Assembly: GCA_030770535.1 (NCBI GenBank)
Contig: JASVEC010000013.1
Span: 434,001-498,000 of the forward strand
DNA from: Batkoa obscura
Taxonomy: Eukaryota
Reading direction: 5' to 3'
Length of the DNA: 64,000 nucleotides
In this document: one piece after another, positions 22,095 through 35,076 of the stretch
Numbering within the stretch: the first letter of the stretch is position 1
How the letters are laid out: every line of letters begins with the position of its first letter
Position numbers and translations under genes: made by a program
The notes under the pieces: model-generated
Databases searched by the model: none
Told to the model about the DNA's origin: nothing
The model's input: only the letters and a program-made list of their open reading frames with translations

Positions 22095-25067
22095 ATGGCC
22101 TACCGAGGTAATAAAAACTTTAAAAATGGGCGTGGGTTTTATTCCAATCATGGTGGAGTAGGTCAAAGCAACCCAAATAATATTAGTGGTAATCATGGAC
22201 CAAGCCAAGGACCAAGTAAAGGACGTGGTGGTAAATGGAACCATACAAACCAATATCCAAATCAAGGGCAAAATTTTAATATTTCTCAACAACACCAATA
22301 TCAAGCCAATAATCCTCCTATTGATCTCCAAGCAAATTTTCCTCCTCCTCAGCAAAAAGAGCAGAATCCAAAGTTAGGAAGCACTTCAGAATCCCCTGAA
22401 GCAAAAGTAGCTCGCATTATGCATGAACGTACAATGTTCCTTTTAAGTAATATGATAGGTCAAAAAGTTGGTGTCTCAACAGTTCATGGTGATTCGTTTG
22501 AAGGCTTATTTGAAGCAGCAACTGTTGATACAGACCTTGGCGTGGCTTTACAGCTTTCAAAAAAGGTAAATTCAACCGAAGAAGAAAACGATTCTAATGA
22601 TATTTTAAAACAAATGATCTTTTTAGCTAAAGATTTAGAATGTATAGAGGTAGAAAATGTGAGTTTTAATCCTCCAAATATCAAAGAGGCACATCGTAGA
22701 CAAAGTTTCCGTACTGATACTGGAATTTCTGGTCATTCTGGTGAAGTTTATGAACGAGAATTAGTTTCATGGGTACCAGATGAAAGTATACCTGATACTA
22801 CTGGAAGCGATGTTAATAATCAGTTTTTGGACGAGAATGGTAAGTGGGATCAATTTGCTGCAAACAAGGCATTATTCAATGTTGAGACTAACTACGATGA
22901 GCTTATTTATACAACAAAGATTGATCGCTCTGCTCCAAATTTTGCTGAAGTTGAACGTAACGCTGAGCGTATAGCTAATGAAATTTTAAACAAGTCTTCA
23001 TCTAACCCCCACATTAGTGAAGAACGTGGTCACCAAACTAATAATGATGAGGATGAAGAGGAAAAATACTCTGCAGTAGCTAGAGCTATTAAAGAAGGAA
23101 AATATGTTCCACCAAGTGTAAGGGCAAAATACCAGCAAGTGATGCAAGCCAAAGGTCAAGAAGCTCAAACTACATCATCTGAAACACAACCAAAGGCAGG
23201 TGCTGCTCAGCCAAGTACCCAAACAAATCCTTTAGACGAGTCCAAGAAAGTGGAAACATCAAAAACAGCCGCTACTAACCAACCAACTGCTGACAGTAAT
23301 GAATCGAAGGATCTTTCTAAGAAATCAAATACGGCACGCTTTTTGGAAGCTATGGCACTTCGTGATAAAAATTTGAAGCATGCTATGGCGGCCGAGAAAC
23401 ATCAACCTCTTCCTGTTCCAACTAAAAAAGTCACAACTGGACAACCTATTTCTCAAAAGAAAGCAGATGCTATACTTCAATTATTTTCTTCCAATAAATT
23501 AGCACTCTCGATTCCTACTCAAAAGAAATTATTAGGTAAACAAAGGGCATCTAAGCCAATTGAAGAAGAGCTTATGGGTACTTTCCGTCAATTCGTATCA
23601 ACTGAAAAAGAACGAGTTAAGCTTGGACAACAAGCTAAAATCAAAAAGGATAAAGATGGTAAGGTCGCTGAACTACTTAAATTCTCTCAAACTTTTAAAC
23701 TCAAAACTCCGGTACCAAGCGATATCAAGGATATTATTTCAAAAGGTAATGATAATAAAACGGGTGATCATTTACCAGCTATAAGCGAAAAAAGCGAAGA
23801 CGATGCAAAATCCGAAACATCATCAGTTAAAGCTTCTGCTAAACTCAATGCAAAAGCAGCTGAATTTAAACCTAATCCATCTGCTAAACCGTTCAATCCA
23901 AATGCAATTATTGAACCTAAAAAAGAAGTTAATGCTTTCTTCTTGAATGGCAAACCTGAAGTTAAAGAAGATGTTGTTGACTGGCAATTTGAGGTTATTG
24001 AACAGAAGGTATTTAATGATCCCTCTACCCAAGCACCTACTTGGCCCACTGAAGGTAAACCATACCGCCAACAATTCAACGTTACTCATGCTGATCCTCA
24101 ATATCCAAATATACCACCTAATATGTACCCACAACCACCATTCTATCCAGCCTATCGCTATCCTAACCAAATGCCATATCCTCAAATGATGGGTATACCA
24201 CCTCAGGGTATGCCTTATATGAATCATCCACAACATAATCCTCCTCCACCATACCCATATCCACAACAAAGCAATCAACCTATGCTTAATCATCCTTCAC
24301 CAGGACCAACTCCACAAAATTATTATAACAAACAGCCTCACGAGAATAGCAACAATAACAACAATAACAACAATAACAATAGCAATGCCAATACTAATGT
24401 CAATACCAATACCAATACCAATATCAACAATAGCAACAATAGCGATAACAATAGCAACAATAACTATTCTCATTCACCTCAAGGACGCGGCCCTCCTCAA
24501 CCACAGCAGCCCCCACCACAACCTCAAGGACCTCCACAATCTGGACCACAAGCTACCTATATGGGAGCGCCTAATAGTAATCCGAATATGATGCGCTATG
24601 CTCCACCAAATGATCCCAATATCCAACGTCCAAATATGGACGGGCATTACCATTACCAGCCACGCGGTAATCAACAAACCCCACCCCATTCATCACAATC
24701 ACCCCATTACAATCAAAATCAGGTAAGTCAACCACCTCACACTCATGCACCTAACAGCTATCCATCCAATAACCACCCCCATTATCCTCAATTACCACCA
24801 GGGTGTTCACCTTATCAACATCAGCCACCATTTCATCCTATGGGTCATCCTATGGGCCACCCACCACCACCTCAATTTTATCAAATGCCACCTCAGCATT
24901 ATCATCAACCACCTAACTTCCATCCTCAACATACACAACACCATCCAAACCATGGTCATAATCCACGGGGTAGGGGACGTGGTCGTGGTTCTCATCATAA
25001 TAATCATAATAACCAACACCAAGAAAAAAATAACCATTCTAGTAATACCTCCACTCCTCAAAATTAA
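22095..25067 (+). CDS. PBP1: Ataxin-2/Pbp1 family poly(A)-binding-protein-binding protein
   Basis: LSm region, LsmAD (FRTDTGIS, WDQFAANK, YDELIYTTKID, NPHISEERG), PAM2-like KLNAKAAEFKP, P/Q/N/H-rich tail. Confidence 0.92.
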   Translation: MAYRGNKNFKNGRGFYSNHGGVGQSNPNNISGNHGPSQGPSKGRGGKWNHTNQYPNQGQNFNISQQHQYQANNPPIDLQANFPPPQQKEQNPKLGSTSESPEAKVARIMHERTMFLLSNMIGQKVGVSTVHGDSFEGLFEAATVDTDLGVALQLSKKVNSTEEENDSNDILKQMIFLAKDLECIEVENVSFNPPNIKEAHRRQSFRTDTGISGHSGEVYERELVSWVPDESIPDTTGSDVNNQFLDENGKWDQFAANKALFNVETNYDELIYTTKIDRSAPNFAEVERNAERIANEILNKSSSNPHISEERGHQTNNDEDEEEKYSAVARAIKEGKYVPPSVRAKYQQVMQAKGQEAQTTSSETQPKAGAAQPSTQTNPLDESKKVETSKTAATNQPTADSNESKDLSKKSNTARFLEAMALRDKNLKHAMAAEKHQPLPVPTKKVTTGQPISQKKADAILQLFSSNKLALSIPTQKKLLGKQRASKPIEEELMGTFRQFVSTEKERVKLGQQAKIKKDKDGKVAELLKFSQTFKLKTPVPSDIKDIISKGNDNKTGDHLPAISEKSEDDAKSETSSVKASAKLNAKAAEFKPNPSAKPFNPNAIIEPKKEVNAFFLNGKPEVKEDVVDWQFEVIEQKVFNDPSTQAPTWPTEGKPYRQQFNVTHADPQYPNIPPNMYPQPPFYPAYRYPNQMPYPQMMGIPPQGMPYMNHPQHNPPPPYPYPQQSNQPMLNHPSPGPTPQNYYNKQPHENSNNNNNNNNNNSNANTNVNTNTNTNINNSNNSDNNSNNNYSHSPQGRGPPQPQQPPPQPQGPPQSGPQATYMGAPNSNPNMMRYAPPNDPNIQRPNMDGHYHYQPRGNQQTPPHSSQSPHYNQNQVSQPPHTHAPNSYPSNNHPHYPQLPPGCSPYQHQPPFHPMGHPMGHPPPPQFYQMPPQHYHQPPNFHPQHTQHHPNHGHNPRGRGRGRGSHHNNHNNQHQEKNNHSSNTSTPQN

Positions 25068-26547
25068 ATAACTCTAACTAAAAAATAAGTATTGACTTAT
25101 TTCAATAGGTTTGTTTAATAAAAAAAATAAAAAAAATCGTCTTAATTTCGATTTTATGTATTTCATAGTATATTATTTAATTTTTTAAACAATATAACTT
25201 AATTTATTACTATAACGTTTATAAATATGTATATTATAGTCAATGCTGTTGAAAACATACTAAATACCCTAAAGGCACAAACTGAATTTTAAGAATTCAA
25301 CATTTTTATATCTGGAACTGAATACTTAATAAAGTTAAATTGCTATTATAAAATTATGCTTAATAACTTAATTAATTTTTTAAAAACTTTAAAAACTTTC
25401 TTTTTTAAAAGTACTTCAGTTAACTTTATAATATTTTTTCAAAATGAATAAATGATATTAAAAGATTAATAAAAAATAGTAATATTTATAATATTATAAA
25501 TGCAATCTATGTAAACATGAAGTTTCCAATTTTCCGCTAATTTTATTTTACCAATTTTTATTTATATAAAAAAGGATACGTACGACATTAATTTTTAATT
25601 ATTTTAACAATTTTCATTTAATAATTATAACTTAACGCTAATTTTAAATGCCAATATTCAATATTTGCTAATTAAATTTATTGATATTTTGATAAAACTA
25701 TTAGCAGTAGTTATAATATTATATATAACTAATACAAAATTGCTGTATTATTGAATCACGGAGCTTATTTAACTATCTGGACTTTGACAAAAATAGTCAT
25801 TCTAAATTTTTTGCACTCACTAATTTGTGATTTGTAATGACCTTGATGTAAAATCATTATCATTATTCTCACATCACTCATTCTCCCTTTTCTTGTTATC
25901 TAACTATAAGATCCTTTTATCTCGATTTATTTACAACTTTATAGTATTGATAAGAAACTCTTGATGTCTATTTTATCTTGAAAAGCACTTAAAAGTCAGG
26001 GAGATGAAATAAATTAACAAAATTAGCATAATAACTTATAAAGTTATATGAATCATAGATTTATCATTTGAGTATCATTTGATTCGAAAATTCTCTTTTT
26101 TATTATACAATATAATTCTTTAGATTAATTTAAATCAGATTTTGGATCATGCAATAATCAACTCAATTCTAAAGTAAGTTAACTTCGATAAATATGCAAA
26201 GATTTTAATTTAGATAGAATTAGCCAGCTAAATTTTGCAGTTCTTTATATTGTTCTGGTCTACAAAGAATAATCCATTTAACTTGAGCCTTTAAATGAAA
26301 CATTTTTGACATTTTTTAGTGTATTTTTTATATTATAAATAGTTAAACTAGAACTCAATATTTCTAACTATATAAATGAATCATATTATATATAGAATTT
26401 ATAACCTCAAATTTTTATCCTAAATAAAATAAAAAAGTATTAGACTTTAGAAGAAAAAATCAAAGTCATTTGTAAAAATCCACATTCAGCTGATTTAACT
26501 AATCAAAAGTTTAAATAGACAACCAATTGTTTCTCTTTTGGTAACTA

Positions 26548-27090
26548 ATGCTGATGATAACCGATAAATCTCAAAGAGAAAGAAGACACCGTATCCACTT
26601 AACAGATAAGCAATATGAAATATTATTATCTTATTATAAAATTAATAACAAACCATGTCGAGATTTGGTCACTCAAATAGCACTCGATGCCAACTTAACT
26701 ACAAAAACAGTACGCATTTGGTTTCAAAATAAAAGAGCAAAATTCAAAGTAACTGGTGAATATGACCATCAACCTCAACGCTCTGTATTTTGGAATCCTG
26801 TATTGAATTCAATAGGTTATAAAGAAATTGAAAATAATCAAAAAATCAAATGTGATACACAGAATGACAATAAAGGGCTAGTGTTTAAAACAAGTAATGA
26901 ACCTGAGTTACAATCACAATACCATTCATTTTATAGTACAACATCGAACTCTTTGTATCCTAATGATAATGAAAATAAGCAAAAGGTTAAGCATGGGAAA
27001 CATAATGATTATAAAGATGATACTTGCTCAACCAACAATCCTTTAGATATTAACTATATTTTAAATAAGGATATAAGCCATAAAAATTAA
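26548..27090 (+). CDS. Homeobox transcription factor
   Basis: RRHRIHLT...VRIWFQNKRAK homeodomain. Confidence 0.9.
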   Translation: MLMITDKSQRERRHRIHLTDKQYEILLSYYKINNKPCRDLVTQIALDANLTTKTVRIWFQNKRAKFKVTGEYDHQPQRSVFWNPVLNSIGYKEIENNQKIKCDTQNDNKGLVFKTSNEPELQSQYHSFYSTTSNSLYPNDNENKQKVKHGKHNDYKDDTCSTNNPLDINYILNKDISHKN

Positions 27091-27870
27091 CTCTGTTTTT
27101 TGTATTTGTTTAGTAAATAAATAATTAATTTTGTATAAATTCAGTCGTTATATTGTATTTTACTTGATTGAGCTAAGTATAAAGCTTTTTAATTGCTCTC
27201 TATACATTTTTTTTAGTTAATTTAAATGAAGTCTGAAATAGTATATAATATTTAATAAGTCGTATGTAAGTATTGTTATCTATAAACCATATTATATATT
27301 TTTCACTCTTAATTAAAGATAACCTTATTTTATAAATTAATTCTTAACTGTTAAAAAAGCTATATTGATACCGTGTCTTTTAGAGATATAAAATAATTTA
27401 CTAATTACTTTGAAACTAAATTAGGTAAAATCAAACTTACAGTTCTATTTTTTTTGATAAAAATTAAAGTGTTGAAAACATTACCAAAAGGTAAGAAGGT
27501 AGTTAAATAACTTGAAGATATTGGATAATTATGACACAAGGAGGTCAAACAATAGATAAATTTACACTTCTTATGGTTTTCTTAAATCGATCAAGTTTAT
27601 ATTGAGATGGTTTATACTCTTTTTTCTATATATATTTGTGCAAGAATGAAAAATGGTTACTGACAGCTGAGATAAGAGCTAAAGGCATGTCTAAAGCAAG
27701 TTTGGTGTAGTAAGAGTAGATAACCTAAAGCCAATGGCTAAAATAAATACTAGAGGGAATGTAAGAAAAGAGCGGAAAATAGTCTTATTTATAAATTTGT
27801 TATATTAATCAATAACTTTTCTAAGAGATTTGATTTAAACTATTTTTTTAAATTATGGCTTTTTATCAAT

Positions 27871-27969
27871 GAGGATGTTTTTTTTGATTTCATCACTTTT
27901 TCCATTTTTCAAGCGCCATTTGAGTAGAATGATTGTTAGTAAAATTCTTAAACAAAAAAATACATCCCC
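27871..27969 (-). mobile_element. ~100-bp MITE (Sola-like family)
   Basis: GAGGATGT...ACATCCCC, TSD CAAT. Confidence 0.9.
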
Positions 27970-28960
27970 CAATCGTGTTAGCTATAAAATTTAATTTTGT
28001 ATTATTTATATTTAATATATTTGACTTTAAAGTAGTATTTTATTATGTACTCTCAGCACGTTGAACTTAAACTAACAATTTAATTTTTACCGTTAGTATT
28101 TAAAGTATTTGATGCATTCAATTGTGTCTAATTAAAAAAATTATTGTAAAAAATATATCCATAACTGGATGTTGGATAGCATTCAACTTCTAAACATTAA
28201 TATAATGCTCCAATTGTCTGTCATATCCTAATGTATCTAAAATATAGACTATTTATATTTCGTACGCTATTGAATAAGAAAAGCGACAATGGTGATATTA
28301 ATATCTAATTAAAATAAAATTTATTGATTTATAAAATTCTAAATTACTAAAAGTGAAAGTGGTGATAGTGAAACCGAAATATATGACTTAAATAAGCTGC
28401 TCACTTTTTAAAATAAAAATTTGAAAAAATTGCCCGGATTTTAATAAAAAATGTCAATGTTAAACAAAGCGGAGTCAATAATTATAGTAATTTTTTATTT
28501 ATAGTGCATTAATAACTAAAGGAGGGTTTCATATTACATAATTGTATTATAAAGAAAAATATTACAAAAAACCGAGTCTTAAATTAAGGTCCTTTAATAT
28601 CATTAGTTAATTTACTTAAAACATTAATTTATTATATCTTTATTTAACTTAAAGTATAAATTTCAATTTAAACTTAACATGATGGTAAAGCTAATTATCG
28701 CTTACACCGTCATACTTTTAATTATTGAAATTTAACAAAATATTAAGCTTTGATTATTTTATTTTATCTTTAATAATATATTTTTACATTTTACAGCTTT
28801 TTGTATGTTTAAATATTTACTATTTATTAAATGAAGATATTATCAAAGTTTTTATGTTAAATAATAAAATGTGTTAACGTTGCAAAATAAACAGTAAATA
28901 TCTTTTTCAAAAATAAAACTAAATTTTGGGAGCGTTTGATGGTATTTTTATAATGAACAT

Positions 28961-29053
28961 GGAGATGTTTTTTATTTCAGCATTCACTAATAATTTTTTC
29001 CGATTTATGCTGTACAAAAAGTGAACAAATAGATAAGCCCAAAAAGATTTCCA
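28961..29053 (+). mobile_element. Degenerate MITE copy
   Basis: GGAGATGTTTTTT start and similar length/layout, heavily diverged. Confidence 0.4.
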
Positions 29054-32000
29054 ATATCTTTTTTATTGAAAATTTTGAAGGAGCCGGAGGGGAGGGTCTC
29101 AGGTGTTTTGTTGCTGAGGGAAAAAGTTAAATTTAAAATGATTAAGTTGCTGATAGACTAGAATGGAGGGAGAAGGGAGATTAAAAGGAAAATAAATTAT
29201 GCAAATGGTGGAAAATGCTCTAACTCAACTTTGCCAGCTTTAGAGTTGAGTAGAGATTCCAATATCTATTGCTTTTCTATATTCATTGCTACGTTGATAT
29301 GAAAATCGACTAGACTTTCTTAATGTAAGTTATATATCTATCAATAAAAAGCCATTCGAAAACTTTACAAAAACATTATGTTTGAAAAAATGATAAAAAA
29401 CCATAGCTTTATTGAATACAATACCATAGAAATACAGCTATAACTGCAATAAAAAAAATAAGACATTCCAAATAAAATATTAGTTTTATAAGAAATAACT
29501 AACGATTTATCTATTTATTCGCAGGTCGGGTTACAGCTAGTTTTTCCATTGTCTAGATCCTTTATTTTTCAGGTTTGTTTTTTTAGTCATTTGCATTTAA
29601 TTAATACGTGTCATAAATGAGCTTTATCAATTTTATATAGTTTATCAAAAGCAAAATGGTCCAAAATTATACAGTTTACATACTATGATTTATACTGAAA
29701 TAAATTATTTATAAAGTTAAAAAATAATATAAAACATATATACTAAAAGGTTAATAGTTAAACATATAAAAATATAGTGTTCCATTTTAAAAATCTACTA
29801 AAAATAGTAACTTTGATTCATTGCCACGTTTAGATGGGTGATAGATTTAGTATCTTTACTAAGCTACGGAATTAGCGTAATAAAGATGCAATTAGGTTTA
29901 GAAACCCTCAAAAAATATTTAAAAGTTGCATATGCTTCTATATTTGTTTATCTATATTTGCTAAGTAGGAATAACTAATGCATACAGCATTTAAGGATTT
30001 AATTAAATAAAAAGTTTAAAAAAAGAAAAAAGAAAAAATAGCTACGTATAAAAATATAAAAGTAAATTATAAATTCAAAATTACGTTTGGTGATATACAA
30101 CTGTTGATATTTTTTGTGATAATTAACCACTCATCTTTGAAAAAAAATATTAAAGCAAGTTTAAATATAACAATTAGGCTATAAAAAAATTGAGTAATAA
30201 ATAATTCAATTATAAAAACTACTGCTAAAAAAGTCACAAAAGAATTGCAACGACTGTAACTATGGTACTTCAGTACCTTCATTTTTCATTTTTTTTCATA
30301 TTATTAACAAAACAAATAAACAAGGGCAGAAAGTTGATAGTAGAATTAAACATACCTTTTAGGGTGAAGCGTCCTAAAATCCACATAACAAAAGAAGTAT
30401 AGTTACTATATTTAGATAAATCTCCAAATGTGCTTTTATTAACCAACTTGGTTTTAAACCTCGGTAGATTCCTTATCAAGCACCCATTGATTTTATACAC
30501 TTTTATATTCTTGATTTTATTTATTTTTATTCCCTCCTTTCTTATAAATGTTAGCCCTTTATTTTTGTTTTTTATCATTCTATATTTTTTATTCTATAAA
30601 AATAACCCATGCTTGAATAAAAAATTTTATATAGTAATCAATAAGATTAGACAATTAATAGTAGCTTTGTTATAAACTATTATTTTTGAATTATTTAGCA
30701 TTTACCATCATTCATCTACTCTAAAACTTAATTACCTCGGCATTAGATTTATACCAAGATAAAAAACTAGCTAATAAAACTAAGCTAAGCTAAATAGTAA
30801 AAAAAATAACAGATTAATATCCCTTAAAAATCTATAAAAAGATTGTTTTCCTTTTATTTATCCCTTTCTAATTATTTTTATTTTATGCATATTGTTAAGT
30901 TACTTTAAAGGATGTTGTGTTATATCAAGCCTTTATTTATTTAGTGAATTTTCGCTATTTAATGTAAAAACGGTTTTCATTTAATTCCCACCTAATTTAT
31001 GTATGCTAGTTCTTAACTGGTTTAGATTCTACCGATCGATGCCTAACAGGATGCTTTATATATTAATTTACGTTAAACCCATAGTAATATGAGTATCACA
31101 TCCCTGTTACTATGCACAATCGTTATAGCTCATTTGTATTTTTAACAAAAGTCAAAATTCACTGTTATTATCTTTTTCCACTAGCCTAATTTTGTAAAAG
31201 TTTGTTTTTGAGTAGAGGCAAAATATAAATGGTATCCACCCATTAAAATAAATTTAATAAATGTATAGACTGATGATAAATTAATAATAAGTTTTGCTAC
31301 AAATAAAAGTTGATAATGTGAGCTTTTCTTGGATAGGTGAGTCTATTGAAAAAATATAAAAGTTTGGCATCCCCTATTTTAATATATGCATTCATTTTAT
31401 CATAATGCAGTAGAAATTATAGATTGGTAATCGGGATAAAAAAGAATCTAAACAAAGAAATCTTTTGAATGAACATAATCGTCAATAGATCTGTAAACAT
31501 TATTGTTACTTTTTTATATATTTTAGAATGAAAGTAAAACGATTATTTATTTATACTTTTAATGATATAAAAAAGTGCCAGAAAACTACAGATCTAAAAA
31601 TCAAATTAAAGTAATAATTAAAATGTTTGTTTAATTCAAAAAGATCTTTATTTTGATTATTGTAGTAATACTTACCATATTGCATTTTCTCACATTCTAC
31701 GATTAAACTTTGTTAGAATCTTTCTATTATTCGTTATTGTATTTAATGACAACCAACTTATCCATTCAGTATTACCCATGCTTGCTAAGCATATACCGGC
31801 GTTTTCTAAATATAGCTAAAAATATAGATAAGCCCCAAAATTACATATTTGAAATTCATTAGTAATATTTATATTATATTTCATTTATTGCTTTTTAGGC
31901 GCCACACTGTTTATTATTAAATTTAATACTTAAAAATATGGCTTATTTTTTGCATAAAACCAAACTTGATTAGAGAGGAATCGATATCATTTTTGCAAGA

Positions 32001-32152
32001 AAAGTTTCTCGCGTTTTAATAGTAGTTTAATTTTAACACACCATCCTATTATTAAATGTCAAAATAATGTTAAAGATTTTAAGCATCAATCACAATATCA
32101 AAGTTCATAACTGCTAACTATTTATCTTGATTAGTTTGAAAAAATAGTATAT

Positions 32153-32249
32153 GAGGATGTTTTTTTTTGGCTTCACCGCTTTCTCTATTTTTTAAGCGCT
32201 ATTGAGCGGGAAATGTTAGTAAATCTCTTAAAGAAAAAGAAACATCCCC
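32153..32249 (-). mobile_element. ~100-bp MITE (Sola-like family)
   Basis: GAGGATGT...ACATCCCC, flanks ATAT/ACAT. Confidence 0.85.
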
Positions 32250-34335
32250 ACATGTAAAAACCTGATTCTTTTATTCGCCCTGCCTACTATTATAGCTTAT
32301 TAGATTATTTTTATGTAGCCATTAATGCTCAAGTTTTTAGACTAAATGCTCTTTCTATAAACCAGTGTGATAACAAATTATTGTTAAAGAGAAATGTTAC
32401 AAATAGTTACAATAATAGTTAATAAAGTCATTATACTCTAGTTAAAAAAGGGTTCGGATTATCGTTTGGAAGTATTCAAATACTTTGAGTTTTTATTTTT
32501 ACAATTTTTAATTTAACAACCTACTTTAATTTTTTATTAATTTACAATGATTACTAATCTAACTTTTCTGCAGCAATAACAATAACAATAACAGCATGGT
32601 GTATTGGTTTAGAGGCATATACCGCCAGTCATAGTATGATAAGCATAAAAAAGGTAATGAAAGCAGGTAAAAAAAGCGGAAAAAAGGTAACTTGATAATT
32701 TAACAATGAGAGCTCTTTAAGATTAATATGGTAATGTTATATAATAGAAAAGAGACCGCCTTTATTTATGTATTAAGTAAGAATAAAAAAGTAAAAGAGC
32801 GAAGTTATGAGCTTTAAAGCAAACCATATATAAGGGGTCTATACAGCTTTTGAATGCTTAGTATGCGGTACCCAACAGCTGATATTAAACCATTTATTTC
32901 TTTTTATATTGTTTGTTAATATATTGATGGTGTACAAAACAAGAAATAAAACAGATAGGAATAGAGTTCACCAAAGCGATATTTCCTATATAAATAGGTT
33001 TATTTTGATAACTTGGTTTATGTCAATAAAGGGTGATAGGCCATTGAGTAACAGTCTATTATTATCGTTATTGCTTTTACTATTATTATTATCGTTGTCG
33101 TAATTATCAACATTGATTAATTAAAGCCTAGACTTTTGATATTTTAAAACTTATTTTAAAAATTTAATACTTACCTTATGATTTGATTATTAGGGACAAA
33201 TACATAATAAAAAAGGCTTACAGGAACTATAACATCGATTAAATAACAAACCATTGAGTTTATTTTTATCTTCATTTTTTGTTTTACTTTTAGTTTAATC
33301 TTTTAAGCCTTCCCCTTACACATTAAATTAAATTCTTTATTATAACCCTCATGAGTCTAGCTTACCACAAATCATACTGCTTTTTCTCCTTTATTCAATT
33401 TAGTAATCTCTCTTTTTATCAACGTTCACTACTCGCTATTTTTTATTACAATTAAAAACAACTAAATAGTAGTGATTGCTATTATGATGTCTTATAAACA
33501 ACAAACAAATCAAATTTTAAATCAAAATAAAGCGAAGTATTAGCAAGAATTACAAATTTTATCACAAACTTTGACAATAGCCATATGGTTGATCGTAGTG
33601 GCTAGTTCTTAATATATGCTGGGATTGAAATTCTATTAACCTTAAATAATAGCTCTTTATTCTTTTAACCAACTTCAGTTACGCCAAGTTTCTTACAAAG
33701 TAAAGCCTATAAATTTATTTTAAAGTGACGTCTAAGCTAGATGTTTTAAAACCTAAAACCTAAATTTAATAAACCACCTTATTCCCTTACATTTATGGCC
33801 TTCTAAAAATAGTTTTATAAAAATGGATAGTTGAAAGTTTATAAACTTGATACAATCAAGTTATTAACATAAATTAATAAGTGTATTCTTTTTAATAAAA
33901 TAATAAATAGAAAGCATCGAATAATATAAATAATAAAAACCATGTATAATAAAAATAAGAGAATAAAAAGGATAAAATAGAAAAGGAGAAATCAGCTAAG
34001 AATAGAAATTTAAAATTAACACATTAATTCGAATGGTAGATTTACTAAATTTAGCTAAATAAAGTATTAAATGAAAGCAACAATTTAAATAATATTAAAT
34101 GTAGAGTAATTAGTTTATTATTATTGATTTTTTTTACTTTATTTTAATTAAACAATACTTAATAAATAAGGAATACAAGTAATAGCACACAAGAAGCTAC
34201 TTTTGAAAGGAAAATTATAGATTGACACAAAAATTAAGAAAATGTAATAAAGAGAGGAAAACAGAAAATGTTAGATAGAGAGAACTAATAGATACAAACG
34301 ATTTTTTTTTAAGTTGAGCTAGGTCAGCTAATTTT

Positions 34336-35076
34336 TTAAAAGGTGGCCGACTTCTTTCTTGATTTGGGGATATGTGTTTTATAATGTTGACCTAAATTAT
34401 CCGATCTAGAAAACCTTTTTTCACAATCTGGGTAAGGGCAAACATAAGGCTTAATTCCAGAATGAACTGTATTGACATGCCTTTTAAGGTGCTCTGAGCG
34501 TTTAAACACTTTATTGCAATCTTCTTTGGGGCATTCAAATGGTTTAATTGTTTCTTCATTTTCGTTATTGGCACTGACTTTACCCTTGTTTAATTTGTCC
34601 AAACCAGGTAAAGAATTAACTCTTCTTTTATTTTTATTAGCATGACTGCGTGAAGGTCTACCAGCCTGTGGTTTAATTTGTTCTAATGTTTGTAATATGG
34701 TTGGATCAGCCAATATATTATCTAATTCTAAGCTAGATGGTGAGCTATTGTTTAAATGATGTTGTTGATTTGTTGGGGAAGGTAAGATATACTCATAAAA
34801 AGGATTATTATTATTATTATTATTATCACAATAAAAATTTAAATCATTGGTATTATGATAAGCAACCAAATCATAATTTATATAATTTATTGACAATGAC
34901 GGACAACATGATGTTACAGCAGTAGTATAATAAGGGTCAATTGGGCTTAGCACAGGGTATTCATTTATTAATGGATAATAAGACATTGTGAAGCTTGGAT
35001 CAATGGGGGTATTTGGTAAAGATTCATACTCGTAACTGTTTAACTCTAACGAGTTCTTAGTGTTTATTGAATTCAT
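34336..35076 (-). CDS. C2H2 zinc-finger transcription factor (Msn2/Seb1-like finger pair)
   Basis: Two C-terminal fingers: [12 protein letters not shown]...H and [16 protein letters not shown]...H. Confidence 0.9.
   Translation of the reverse strand: MNSINTKNSLELNSYEYESLPNTPIDPSFTMSYYPLINEYPVLSPIDPYYTTAVTSCCPSLSINYINYDLVAYHNTNDLNFYCDNNNNNNNPFYEYILPSPTNQQHHLNNSSPSSLELDNILADPTILQTLEQIKPQAGRPSRSHANKNKRRVNSLPGLDKLNKGKVSANNENEETIKPFECPKEDCNKVFKRSEHLKRHVNTVHSGIKPYVCPYPDCEKRFSRSDNLGQHYKTHIPKSRKKSATF

Noticed and set aside
22080..25071. Many short alternative-frame and antisense ORFs over PBP1
   Set aside because: Shadow ORFs of a GC-richer, low-complexity CDS.
29080..29260. G-rich patch with a small hairpin (CTCTA.CTCAACT...AGTTGAGTAGAG)
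   Set aside because: Single occurrence; no Helitron CTRR end or ncRNA signature identifiable.
30067..30675. Overlapping short ORFs
   Set aside because: AT-driven F/I/K/L-rich composition with no recognisable domain.
32560..33120. Compositionally distinct segment, perhaps an old repeat (similar impression at 4440-4750 and 27630-27800)
   Set aside because: Could not define ends, TSDs or convincing mutual alignment.
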